DNA from: an uncultured archaeon
GTDB taxonomy: Archaea > Aenigmatarchaeota > Aenigmatarchaeia > CG10238-14
DNA: 59,074 nucleotides
Assembly (NCBI GenBank): GCA_964347415.1
Contig: CAYFYJ010000003.1
Span: 1 to 59,074, forward strand
Direction of reading: 5' to 3'
Part shown: in pieces, positions 48,039 through 56,136 of the stretch
Layout: every line of letters starts with the position of its first letter
Position numbering within the stretch: the stretch's first letter is position 1
The notes under the pieces: model-generated
The model's database searches: none
Seen by the model: only the letters and a program-made list of their open reading frames with translations
What the model was told of the DNA's origin: nothing
Translations under genes and position numbers: made by a program

Positions 48039-51000
48039 ATGAAGATAAGTATAAAGTGGGTCGTATGGCTCATATTTCTAGGTATAGTTGCTGCTGGTAT
48101 GCTTACCTTGTTTGTTTTTGGTCTGCCTTGGATTGAGAACACGATTCTGTATCCTGAAAGAACCAAGTTGATCAGGTATTATGCATGCAGTCTGGCTATC
48201 TGCACTAAGGGCTGTGACGGCACCGACCCAGATAATATAGTTGACAGAATTTGTTTGGAAAATTACACAGATACAGAGACATGTGATGTAGAGTGTAAGA
48301 GCATTTGTCAAAATTGGGGATCGCCTGGACCAGATACAGCTTGTGGGAGAAATTATCCTATAGAACTTTCTTTACAAGGTAAAGGGCCTTTGGGTGGAGT
48401 TATTATGAAGGGCGTATACAGAGTTTGGTATAAAAGTCTTATTCAGGGCTGTGTGTTTTGCAGTGATGCTGCTGATATAATTGATTTTATGAAATACGGT
48501 CGGGTTGCCCCTTGTCGACCAGAAGGATATAAATATATTGAGGTCCCACAAGGGCTAATGAACATTATTGGATTTCCACTCAGTATCACGGGTTCATTCG
48601 CCGAAACATCATCGGCAGGTAGATATCCTGATTTTCCAGAACCTGATGAACTTTTAGGATCTGGATGTGGTACCGGACTTTTCGGTGGTATAGTTGATGC
48701 TTCTAGGAATGATATCGGTGAAGGGGCAATATTGTTGGACCAAGGCGTAGCAAGAGAAGCCTTTGGATGTTTTCCACAATCACCATACGATGATATATTT
48801 GCCTCGAGTCTTTGTAATGTTGGTGATACATATTATCAATGTGATTTTAAGGGCCGTTTGTACCTTTGGGGAACAAAAACAACTAGCGGATGTGCTGATG
48901 TAACCATCAATTCAACACCTCCTGAACCTGGCGAGTTTTGGGTAGAAGTAGAGCCTGTTTCTCCGCCTGATAGGATAGTAGGAAAAAAGGTTATGGTTAC
49001 ATTGGATGAAGAGGCTATATACACTGTAACTATACACAACTCCCTTGGGACGGGTGCTGATTTCACACTCGAGTTTGGTCTTGCAGACGAAATTTCTTCT
49101 TATGGACCCAATCCTGTTTGTCAATTCAGCTCAACTTCTGAAACCGTATTCAGTGGGGAAACGAGAATAGTAGAGTTGAGGTGTTTAGCTTCCAGTGATC
49201 CTTCTGAGCTCAGTGATGATGATAGGGAAGACCTGGTGTCGGGAGAGAAATGGATTGATGTGATGGTATCAACACCTGCATATGGAAGTAGAAATGATCA
49301 AGCACTGCTTGAAGTTGTTGACTTGAGATTAGATGTATGGGTTAGTGGTAACAAACCGATTGAAACTATCACAAAAGATATAGGCGTGGATGCTGAATAC
49401 ACTGTTGAGATTCGTAATAACTTCAACACTCAAGAGGACTTTGATCTGTCTTATATACCTAATGACCCAAGCGTGACCTGTGATTTTGATCTTAATCCGT
49501 TGACAGTAAATCCTCAAACATTTGATACGACAACGATGAGGTGCCGTTCACCCAATCTAGGCAGCTATACGATAGAAGTAAAAGCTTCACATGCTGACAC
49601 AGACCTTGAAAAATATGATGATGTATATTTGACCGTGAGTGGTTGCAGTGGCGACTTGATAATGAATGGGCCGTACGATGTGGAATCAGGAGGTGATGTA
49701 GATGTCTACGTCACTGGATTCACTGGTTGCCAGGGTAGAACCATATACTTGTCTGTCATTGATCTAGACTTAGTAGTCGATACATGCTTGGTGGATGTTC
49801 TTGGAAGTGGGGATGAATGTACATTTTTGACTCACGTGGCCAACACTCCTGGATATTATCGAATGTATGTCAAGATGGATATGGATCCACCCATCGGTAC
49901 TAGGATAAATAGTACAACTCTTACAATCAGTGTTGATCCTCCTCAGGCAGGAGGTGTTTATACATATCCATGGCCAAATGATCTTGCATGTGACTTTAGT
50001 TTTGGGGGCGATTGCAGTATACTTACAGATGGTCCAGATATATGTGATAAATGTGGGAATTGTGTGGGAGAATTATTCGGATATTATGAAGGCGAATGGA
50101 GATTCCCATTTGGTGTTCCGGTTTGTGGAATGAATCCACCTGCGTATGCTTGTACGGACTATGGTGACCCACAATCTAATTCAGATAGAAGGGCTTACAA
50201 TGCTTCTGCCTCTAATCTATGTTGTGTGAGTGGTCAAGATTATTATTCTCCTGGTCCTTCTGATGCGCCATGTTTATCTCCAGATGACAACACCCATCAC
50301 GACAAAACGGATGTTTTTTCTTACATGGGTCCTGATACCTATGGTGACTTTGGACGTGTATTAAACCCAAGAAACATCTTGGTGATGGACGAAAGATATG
50401 CTGAATTCAGACCGTATGCCTTACCTGGGTGTGTGTCCGATCTTGATTGTGACGGTTTTCTGAGGTGGGGTGTCAGACCAGACCTATTGGATGGAGTGGC
50501 AAAATGTGATGTTCCTCCTGCTAGTGGTTATTGCTATCTGACAGATGTTCCTCTCAACTATTATGGTATCTGGTTGTTTTTCAGAATCAGCCCTGATTAC
50601 AGACCAGTTTATGGTCTACAAATAAGATACAAGGGATGTGGTGGGGATGGGGACTGGGTTGGTTTAAATATATTCATGCATGATTCAAACGGTTGGTTTT
50701 TAGCGCATCAACAAGGGACTTCTGATGACGATAGTTTAACAACCTTTAACGTAAGACCGAGTGAGTGGGCATGGAACAATGTAGATGCTGTAATGTTAGC
50801 AATCGATAGATTCAGTCAAAGACAGTGTATTGACATAGATTATGTTGGCCTTTTAAGCCCAGGTAATGTTCCTTATTGTACGTATGGTACTGGTGATTAC
50901 AACAGAGTAGTCGACAATGGTAAAAAATGTTATTGGGATTTGGATTGTCCTCCTGCTGGTAGTGGTTGGACTACTAGTAAACCAGTGAGTTCTGGAGTTG

Positions 51001-51401
51001 GTCCTTTCGCTGTAGGAGGTGGGACATGTGGCTGTGATAATCCTGGTGTAACTTGTGGCCGAGGTTACTGTAATTTTTCATACTCGAGCCCGAGTAAAGA
51101 ATTGTGTTACCATAATGTTGCATGTAAGAATGGTGGGTGGAGCGGAGATTGGAAAATTTGTGGACCAAGTGAGAATTGCGGCTCTGATGGCGGGACGTGT
51201 GCGGTATCTTGTCAAGATCTTCTCAACCTTATAACTTCAATTCCGGGTTCTACGGTGTGCGGCGAAGCTGCTTATGATCCTGTGGCTGATGTTAATAAAG
51301 ATGGGACAATTAATATTTCGGATCTTAGTCTTGTAGGTATGTATTATAATAATGGTGATTGGTGTGAGGCTAGACTTGGAGAGACTACTTCTCCTTGTTG
51401 A
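48039..51401 (+). CDS. Giant (1120 aa) N-terminally anchored cysteine-rich surface protein with beta-sandwich repeats and a C-terminal dockerin/EF-hand-like loop
   Basis: N-terminal hydrophobic helix. About 56 Cys by hand count. Two CARDB/NEW3-like segments (YTVTIHNSLGTGADFTLEF and YTVEIRNNFNTQEDFDLSY). C-terminal DVNKDGTINISDLSLV. Confidence 0.65.
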   Translation: MKISIKWVVWLIFLGIVAAGMLTLFVFGLPWIENTILYPERTKLIRYYACSLAICTKGCDGTDPDNIVDRICLENYTDTETCDVECKSICQNWGSPGPDTACGRNYPIELSLQGKGPLGGVIMKGVYRVWYKSLIQGCVFCSDAADIIDFMKYGRVAPCRPEGYKYIEVPQGLMNIIGFPLSITGSFAETSSAGRYPDFPEPDELLGSGCGTGLFGGIVDASRNDIGEGAILLDQGVAREAFGCFPQSPYDDIFASSLCNVGDTYYQCDFKGRLYLWGTKTTSGCADVTINSTPPEPGEFWVEVEPVSPPDRIVGKKVMVTLDEEAIYTVTIHNSLGTGADFTLEFGLADEISSYGPNPVCQFSSTSETVFSGETRIVELRCLASSDPSELSDDDREDLVSGEKWIDVMVSTPAYGSRNDQALLEVVDLRLDVWVSGNKPIETITKDIGVDAEYTVEIRNNFNTQEDFDLSYIPNDPSVTCDFDLNPLTVNPQTFDTTTMRCRSPNLGSYTIEVKASHADTDLEKYDDVYLTVSGCSGDLIMNGPYDVESGGDVDVYVTGFTGCQGRTIYLSVIDLDLVVDTCLVDVLGSGDECTFLTHVANTPGYYRMYVKMDMDPPIGTRINSTTLTISVDPPQAGGVYTYPWPNDLACDFSFGGDCSILTDGPDICDKCGNCVGELFGYYEGEWRFPFGVPVCGMNPPAYACTDYGDPQSNSDRRAYNASASNLCCVSGQDYYSPGPSDAPCLSPDDNTHHDKTDVFSYMGPDTYGDFGRVLNPRNILVMDERYAEFRPYALPGCVSDLDCDGFLRWGVRPDLLDGVAKCDVPPASGYCYLTDVPLNYYGIWLFFRISPDYRPVYGLQIRYKGCGGDGDWVGLNIFMHDSNGWFLAHQQGTSDDDSLTTFNVRPSEWAWNNVDAVMLAIDRFSQRQCIDIDYVGLLSPGNVPYCTYGTGDYNRVVDNGKKCYWDLDCPPAGSGWTTSKPVSSGVGPFAVGGGTCGCDNPGVTCGRGYCNFSYSSPSKELCYHNVACKNGGWSGDWKICGPSENCGSDGGTCAVSCQDLLNLITSIPGSTVCGEAAYDPVADVNKDGTINISDLSLVGMYYNNGDWCEARLGETTSPC

Positions 51402-51404
51402 TGA

Positions 51405-51587
51405 TTGGGTGATCGATTGGATAAAAAAACCTTTCTTGCAATAATTTTCACGGTTATCTTCTTAGCCATTATTTTACTGGTCATCATATTCTTGGTGGGT
51501 GGATCGACTCCTTACGTTGATACATTCTTTGATAAGTTGGACCAAACAGTGTCCAATTGGTTCAACACAAGTTTTGGTTATTCATAG
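51405..51587 (+). CDS. Small N-terminally anchored protein
   Basis: MGDRLDKKTFLAIIFTVIFLAIILLVIIFLVGG... Confidence 0.35.
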   Translation: MGDRLDKKTFLAIIFTVIFLAIILLVIIFLVGGSTPYVDTFFDKLDQTVSNWFNTSFGYS

Positions 51588-51625
51588 AAAATTCATATTC
51601 TATCTTATACTAAATATTATCATGA
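51586..51625 (+). repeat. 40-bp exact direct repeat, copy 1 (promoter/5' region plus ATGA of a Cys-rich pilin gene)
   Basis: AGAAAATTCATATTCTATCTTATACTAAATATTATCATGA is identical to 51955..51994. An A/T-rich BRE/TATA-like element lies at about -33 to -23 from the ATG. Confidence 0.85.
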
Positions 51626-51942
51626 TCGGTAGGGTGGGAACTGGTTTCGTAGTAGCTGTGGTTGTTGGTATAGTCCTACTGACAATATTTATTTTTTTAG
51701 CATACAAGGCCTCAAAAACAGAATCCTGGGACTGTGTAAAATGTAAGACCGAATTTACGACATGGTGTTCGATGTGTTTTACTGTTAACGCAGGTAAGGA
51801 TGATTGGAGTTTGGGGGGTAATTTAGGTGAAGACTTGGCCAAATGTCTTAATGACTGTGGTTATTGGCCTGGAACCGCTACAGGTGATGATTGTACAAAC
51901 GCAGAAACTGCATGTGAACCCTTTATACTCTTTACTGAATAA
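51622..51942 (+). CDS. Cysteine-rich type IV pilin-like protein (paralog a)
   Basis: MIGRVGTGFVVAVVVGIVLLTIFIFLAY, then WDCVKCKTEFTTWCSMC...KCLNDCGYWPG...DDC...AC (8 Cys). The ATG inside the 40-bp repeat is preferred over the longer track ORF. Confidence 0.6.
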   Translation: MIGRVGTGFVVAVVVGIVLLTIFIFLAYKASKTESWDCVKCKTEFTTWCSMCFTVNAGKDDWSLGGNLGEDLAKCLNDCGYWPGTATGDDCTNAETACEPFILFTE

Positions 51943-51954
51943 TTCACACTTAAC

Positions 51955-51994
51955 AGAAAATTCATATTCTATCTTATACTAAATATTATCATGA
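51955..51994 (+). repeat. 40-bp exact direct repeat, copy 2
   Basis: Identical to 51586..51625 and ends in the ATG of the 51991 gene. Confidence 0.85.
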
Positions 51995-52305
51995 GAAAGG
52001 GTTTGGCAATACCTTATATCATAGCTTTAGTCCTGGCAATAATAATCCTGGCTATTGGCGGGTATCTCATGTACAGGGCCTTTACAGAAGGCAAATTGAG
52101 CTGTCAAGAATGCAAGGCCCAGTTCACTACATGGTGTTCGATGTGTTATTTGGGGAACCCTCCTTGGAGTGCTGATTATGAATTGGGTGAAGACTTGTCT
52201 GAGTGTGTTGGTAGCTGTGGATATTGGTCAGGAACTGATGAAGACACGAAATGTACAGATACTGAAGCACCCGATGCATGCAGTGGAATGGGTGTTCCCT
52301 TTTAA
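51991..52305 (+). CDS. Cysteine-rich type IV pilin-like protein (paralog b)
   Basis: MRKGLAIPYIIALVLAIIILAIGGYLMY is a class III-like signal (KG then a hydrophobic stretch). Followed by SCQECKAQFTTWCSMC...ECVGSCGYWSG...KC...AC (8 Cys). Confidence 0.65.
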   Translation: MRKGLAIPYIIALVLAIIILAIGGYLMYRAFTEGKLSCQECKAQFTTWCSMCYLGNPPWSADYELGEDLSECVGSCGYWSGTDEDTKCTDTEAPDACSGMGVPF

Positions 52306-52328
52306 ATTACCCCTTGCAATATATAATC

Positions 52329-53711
52329 ATGGTTGGTAGTGACTCAGTTACCATATTAATTCTGCTAGTATTTTTAGTCATCGCATTATTCTTCGGGATA
52401 TATCCGGTTTTTTCAAACGTTGCAAAGAATAAGTGTATAATTCAACAACATACTCTGTTGAACGGTTTCAGTAAAACAATAGAATTGGTTAAGGAAAGGG
52501 ATTCACCAGTTGAGAACAAGAGTTTTATGGTCATGAGTTGTACCGATTGTATTTGGTATGATTCCTTGAATTCACAGTGGAAAATAAAATATAAAGATGA
52601 GTCAGAGATAAACAAGAGTATTTCTTATAACGTGGTAGGGGTTGCGGCCAATTGTGTTAGTTGTAATGAGCCTGAAAATTGTGCTAACATGGTGAAAGAT
52701 ACTACGTATAATTTTGAAGTTGGTGAGGACTATGTTAGATGTACGAATTGTCCTGATAGTCCAAATTTGTGTGGTTATTCTGTTTTATTTAGTCCACGAG
52801 TTGAAGTGGCTGATGATCTTTATGACCCGGTGGACGAGGCAGAACCAATAGCATTAGTATCTTATAGAGATATTCTGTATTTGTTCTACCATAAAGAGGG
52901 TACGGATGATATATACTATAGGACCTCTAGCGATGGAAAGAGTTGGGGTCCTGAAAATCTATTAACGGATGGTACACGCACCTATGGTTTTCCTTCTGCA
53001 GTCGTTTTTGAAGATGAACTATACGTAGGATATTCGGGCCTCAACGGGGGTTGGGAAATATTCGTAAAGAAGTTTGATGGTACGTGGTCTGACGTTGGAG
53101 TTTTAACAAGTACTAATGTGGGGCAAGATGGTGGGTCATATTTTGCTGTTTATGACGGTGAATTATACTTATTCTATCACCATGAAGATCACCATATAAA
53201 ATATATGACATGTGGATCTAATTGTGGTGCCCCAGGCAGTTGGGGAGCTGAACAAGAAGCAGTTCCTTCAGGAACGCATGTTTATCCTTCTGCCATAGAA
53301 TATGATGGAAAATTACATTTAAGCTACTCAAAACAAATAGGGTTATGCATCCCTGATCCAGGAATTTTTTGGAACTGTAGGTGGAGTATATATTACAGAA
53401 ATTTTGATGGCTCTTCTTGGTCCGCAGAAGAAGAAATAGCAGTCAATGAGAACAATAACGGGAATCCTCATCTAATTGTTTATGATGAAAAACTTTACGT
53501 ATTCTATCACGGGGTCGAGGGCAGTTCTCTTGCTACTGGTACTGGTAAAGTTCTTTATAAAGCATATGATGGTGGTTGGCAAAAAGAATGTGGAGCTGCT
53601 GGTGGTAAAGGCGCAACTTTTGCAGCAATTCCGGCACCTACATGGCATTTGCATAAATTCAATCTCTGTTTTACACAATATGATGGTGATTGGAAAATCA
53701 TGTGTCAGTAA
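52329..53711 (+). CDS. N-terminally anchored protein: pilin-like module fused to a beta-propeller-like repeat domain
   Basis: MVGSDSVTILILLVFLVIALFFGIY. N-module SCTDCIWYDSLNSQWKIKYK. The C-terminal half repeats YRDILYLFYH, FEDELYVGY, YDGELYLFYH, YDGKLHLSY and YDEKLYVFYH at intervals of about 50 aa. Confidence 0.6.
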   Translation: MVGSDSVTILILLVFLVIALFFGIYPVFSNVAKNKCIIQQHTLLNGFSKTIELVKERDSPVENKSFMVMSCTDCIWYDSLNSQWKIKYKDESEINKSISYNVVGVAANCVSCNEPENCANMVKDTTYNFEVGEDYVRCTNCPDSPNLCGYSVLFSPRVEVADDLYDPVDEAEPIALVSYRDILYLFYHKEGTDDIYYRTSSDGKSWGPENLLTDGTRTYGFPSAVVFEDELYVGYSGLNGGWEIFVKKFDGTWSDVGVLTSTNVGQDGGSYFAVYDGELYLFYHHEDHHIKYMTCGSNCGAPGSWGAEQEAVPSGTHVYPSAIEYDGKLHLSYSKQIGLCIPDPGIFWNCRWSIYYRNFDGSSWSAEEEIAVNENNNGNPHLIVYDEKLYVFYHGVEGSSLATGTGKVLYKAYDGGWQKECGAAGGKGATFAAIPAPTWHLHKFNLCFTQYDGDWKIMCQ

Positions 53712-53742
53712 TTTTTAAACTGAAAAAACATAATTATTTTTT

Positions 53743-54177
53743 ATGATCGCGACTATTTCTGTCAAGTATATGCTGATGTTGATATTAATCACAATCATAA
53801 TAATCGGTCTCGCCCCAATAGTCACTTGGCTCTCAGACCGATTTCGAACACAGATATGTGTTCAACGACAAGTTAAAGCTATAAATGACATAAACGATGT
53901 GGTCAAGGAAGTTCTTAAAACCGGGCACCCAAAGGTTGAAAAGATTAAACTGGATGGTGTATGTACTGAATGTATGTGGTATAATGACACCGCAGGCAAC
54001 CAACACGTAGAGATAAAGTTCAAGTATACTGCTACACCTTACCCCGTAAACGTTAGCATACCTTGGAATGGTGTGAGTAATGTCTATGGGTGTGGATCGA
54101 GTAACATGGTGACGGGGGTTACGTATACTTTGTACATAACGGCGAACGATCTTACTTGCACTGATTGTACAACATGA
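53743..54177 (+). CDS. N-terminally anchored pilin-like protein sharing the N-module of the preceding gene
   Basis: TM helix, then VCTECMWYNDTAGNQHVEIKFKY and a terminal LTCTDCTT. This parallels SCTDCIWYDSLNSQWKIKYK and VRCTNCPDS in the 52329 protein. Confidence 0.5.
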   Translation: MIATISVKYMLMLILITIIIIGLAPIVTWLSDRFRTQICVQRQVKAINDINDVVKEVLKTGHPKVEKIKLDGVCTECMWYNDTAGNQHVEIKFKYTATPYPVNVSIPWNGVSNVYGCGSSNMVTGVTYTLYITANDLTCTDCTT

Positions 54178-54209
54178 AGTTAATTTTAAGTAAAAACAAA
54201 TAATAATTT

Positions 54210-54677
54210 ATGGCAGAGCGCACAACGAGCAACACCATAATTATAATTTTCACCACTATAGTAGTGCTTGCTGCTGTAATCATCTTGATACAGGATGCGG
54301 AAGCAAACCTAATGTTCTGGACTATAAGACCCTCTGAATCCACTGCTCTGGATATAATAAGTAAATACACTGCCTTGGGTGGTACGACAGGTGAAGTTAC
54401 GACAGACTACAGGAACATCACATCAAACATAAATTATAACGTCTACAGCAGTGGAAAAATGGTCTGTGTGATTTCAAGAAAAGTGGAGACAGGGGCAACC
54501 GCATTGAAAACTATCAATTGTTATTCTACTCCTTTTGAAATTATAGATAAGTTAAAGACTCCTGCTCCTCCTCCTGATTATGAACAAGACTTTCATATAT
54601 GTTTTGTAAAATATGACGATTTCAGTTCAACTCTGTTGGTGGACAGCTGGTGGATATTACCAGTGGGGGTGTGCTGA
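54210..54677 (+). CDS. N-terminally anchored hypothetical protein (pilin-like candidate)
   Basis: MAERTTSNTIIIIFTTIVVLAAVIILIQ... Confidence 0.4.
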   Translation: MAERTTSNTIIIIFTTIVVLAAVIILIQDAEANLMFWTIRPSESTALDIISKYTALGGTTGEVTTDYRNITSNINYNVYSSGKMVCVISRKVETGATALKTINCYSTPFEIIDKLKTPAPPPDYEQDFHICFVKYDDFSSTLLVDSWWILPVGVC

Positions 54678-55516
54678 TGGAGTTAAGTCTGACAACAATA
54701 TTTTTCCTTGTAGTAGCATTTGCTGTTGGTGCAGCAATTTTGTTATTCATGATAGGACAATGGTTAGATCTGACTGGAATAAGGTACAAGATGGAATCGC
54801 ATAGGAATGCATTAAACCTTCTACAATTAATGGTTTCGAACAGTCCTCTAGTAGAGAGAGATATGTATGGGAGACCTAATAAACTCATACTGGAAGAAAC
54901 GGCGCTAGATGCTTATGAAAATCCTGGTTATGATATGTACGATATAAACAATTTAGATGATGAATTGCACAAATGCTGTCAATTCCTGGATTTTGATTAT
55001 ACAATAACTGTTGGAGATAACGTGACTGGTCGCAGATGGAACATCGCGGACCTCCCATTCAAGGAAGACTCTGAATGTTACCCGGACAGATTCATTGGCT
55101 ATGCAGATATGCCTGTAGTCATACACAATACTTCTGGTTTCTACAATCCTGGTTTCATAGAGATAACACTGGTTAAAACAACTCTGTCAGATTTAAGCTT
55201 CTGGCTTTCTCATTCTTTTATCAGAACTGATCCTGATTGGCCCGAGTCCATGGCCTATTTTGTGGGAGAATATGAAAAGAAAGTTGAAGTCATGGTTCCG
55301 ATTGATCCAGAAATAATTCAGGTTGTTGTGAATAAAACAGGTGTAAACCCAGAAACTGTTTGTATGGAATTTTCTAGTGGAAGAATAGCATGTAAGAGAT
55401 TCGTAACGAGCGATGCCACACTGGACTCAGATCCAACAACATTAAACATCGTGGGTAAGTGTTATGAAGCATGGATTGTCACGGATATAGAATTCCAGGA
55501 GGTTGCGGTGAGTTGA
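54677..55516 (+). CDS. N-terminally anchored hypothetical protein (pilin-like candidate)
   Basis: ATG overlaps the preceding TGA (TGATG). Sequence MELSLTTIFFLVVAFAVGAAILLFMIGQW... Confidence 0.45.
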   Translation: MELSLTTIFFLVVAFAVGAAILLFMIGQWLDLTGIRYKMESHRNALNLLQLMVSNSPLVERDMYGRPNKLILEETALDAYENPGYDMYDINNLDDELHKCCQFLDFDYTITVGDNVTGRRWNIADLPFKEDSECYPDRFIGYADMPVVIHNTSGFYNPGFIEITLVKTTLSDLSFWLSHSFIRTDPDWPESMAYFVGEYEKKVEVMVPIDPEIIQVVVNKTGVNPETVCMEFSSGRIACKRFVTSDATLDSDPTTLNIVGKCYEAWIVTDIEFQEVAVS

Positions 55517-56136
55517 TGATAAGAACAGGGCGAAAGGGTGGAATATTTGTGAGTATGATAATACTCTTAGTCATATACCTTTTTGCAGTCGCTATAGTTC
55601 TAGTTTTTTTCTACTTCTTCAAGTTTCACGTAACTACTACTGTCTTGGATGAGTACAGATGGAACAAAATTCAGGAGGTTCCTTTAGATCTGCTTTCTAT
55701 GGATATCGATGGGAAATCTTTTGTCCCTAAGATGAATAAAGTTTATTATAAGTTTGAACCAGAAGACGAATTCAAAAAAGTCAGAAATATAGTTAATAAT
55801 CAACTCTATTTCATGTTTGGTGGCGACGCAAAAAGCATGGGATATATTATTTCAATTGGAAATGCAACTGTGAGTCAGTCGCAATACCCAAATTGTGGGT
55901 GTATGCCCCACCCATTAGTTGAAAATCTTTATACGTGTAATGATGACTGCTCTGTGTCAAAAAAAGGCAACTATTGTGGGAAATATGTTTTTCCTGTGGG
56001 AATAGTGCCAGATCCAAGCCTATGTTTTGTGATAGGACGCAGAGAATATTCAGCATCTTATCCCTTTCCCTTAACTTTCAACGGGACGGATGAATTCACC
56101 GCTAGATTATCTTATGATGCTGTGGAGTATGTGTGA
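55516..56136 (+). CDS. N-terminally anchored hypothetical protein with class III-like signal
   Basis: ATG overlaps the preceding TGA. Sequence MIRTGRKGGIFVSMIILLVIYLFAVAIVLVFF... Confidence 0.45.
   Translation: MIRTGRKGGIFVSMIILLVIYLFAVAIVLVFFYFFKFHVTTTVLDEYRWNKIQEVPLDLLSMDIDGKSFVPKMNKVYYKFEPEDEFKKVRNIVNNQLYFMFGGDAKSMGYIISIGNATVSQSQYPNCGCMPHPLVENLYTCNDDCSVSKKGNYCGKYVFPVGIVPDPSLCFVIGRREYSASYPFPLTFNGTDEFTARLSYDAVEYV

Noticed and set aside
51586-51994. Possible CRISPR-like repeat (40-bp exact repeat, two copies about 370 bp apart)
   Set aside because: There are only two copies, and each ends in a start codon. The intervening sequence is a protein-coding pilin gene, and there are no cas genes. 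I interpret it as a duplicated promoter and gene start.
52278-52328. Longer N-terminal extension of the beta-propeller gene given in the ORF track
   Set aside because: It overlaps the end of the preceding pilin gene and lacks the leader-plus-hydrophobic-helix pattern. ATG 52329 gives MVGSDSVTILILLVF..., consistent with the other locus members.
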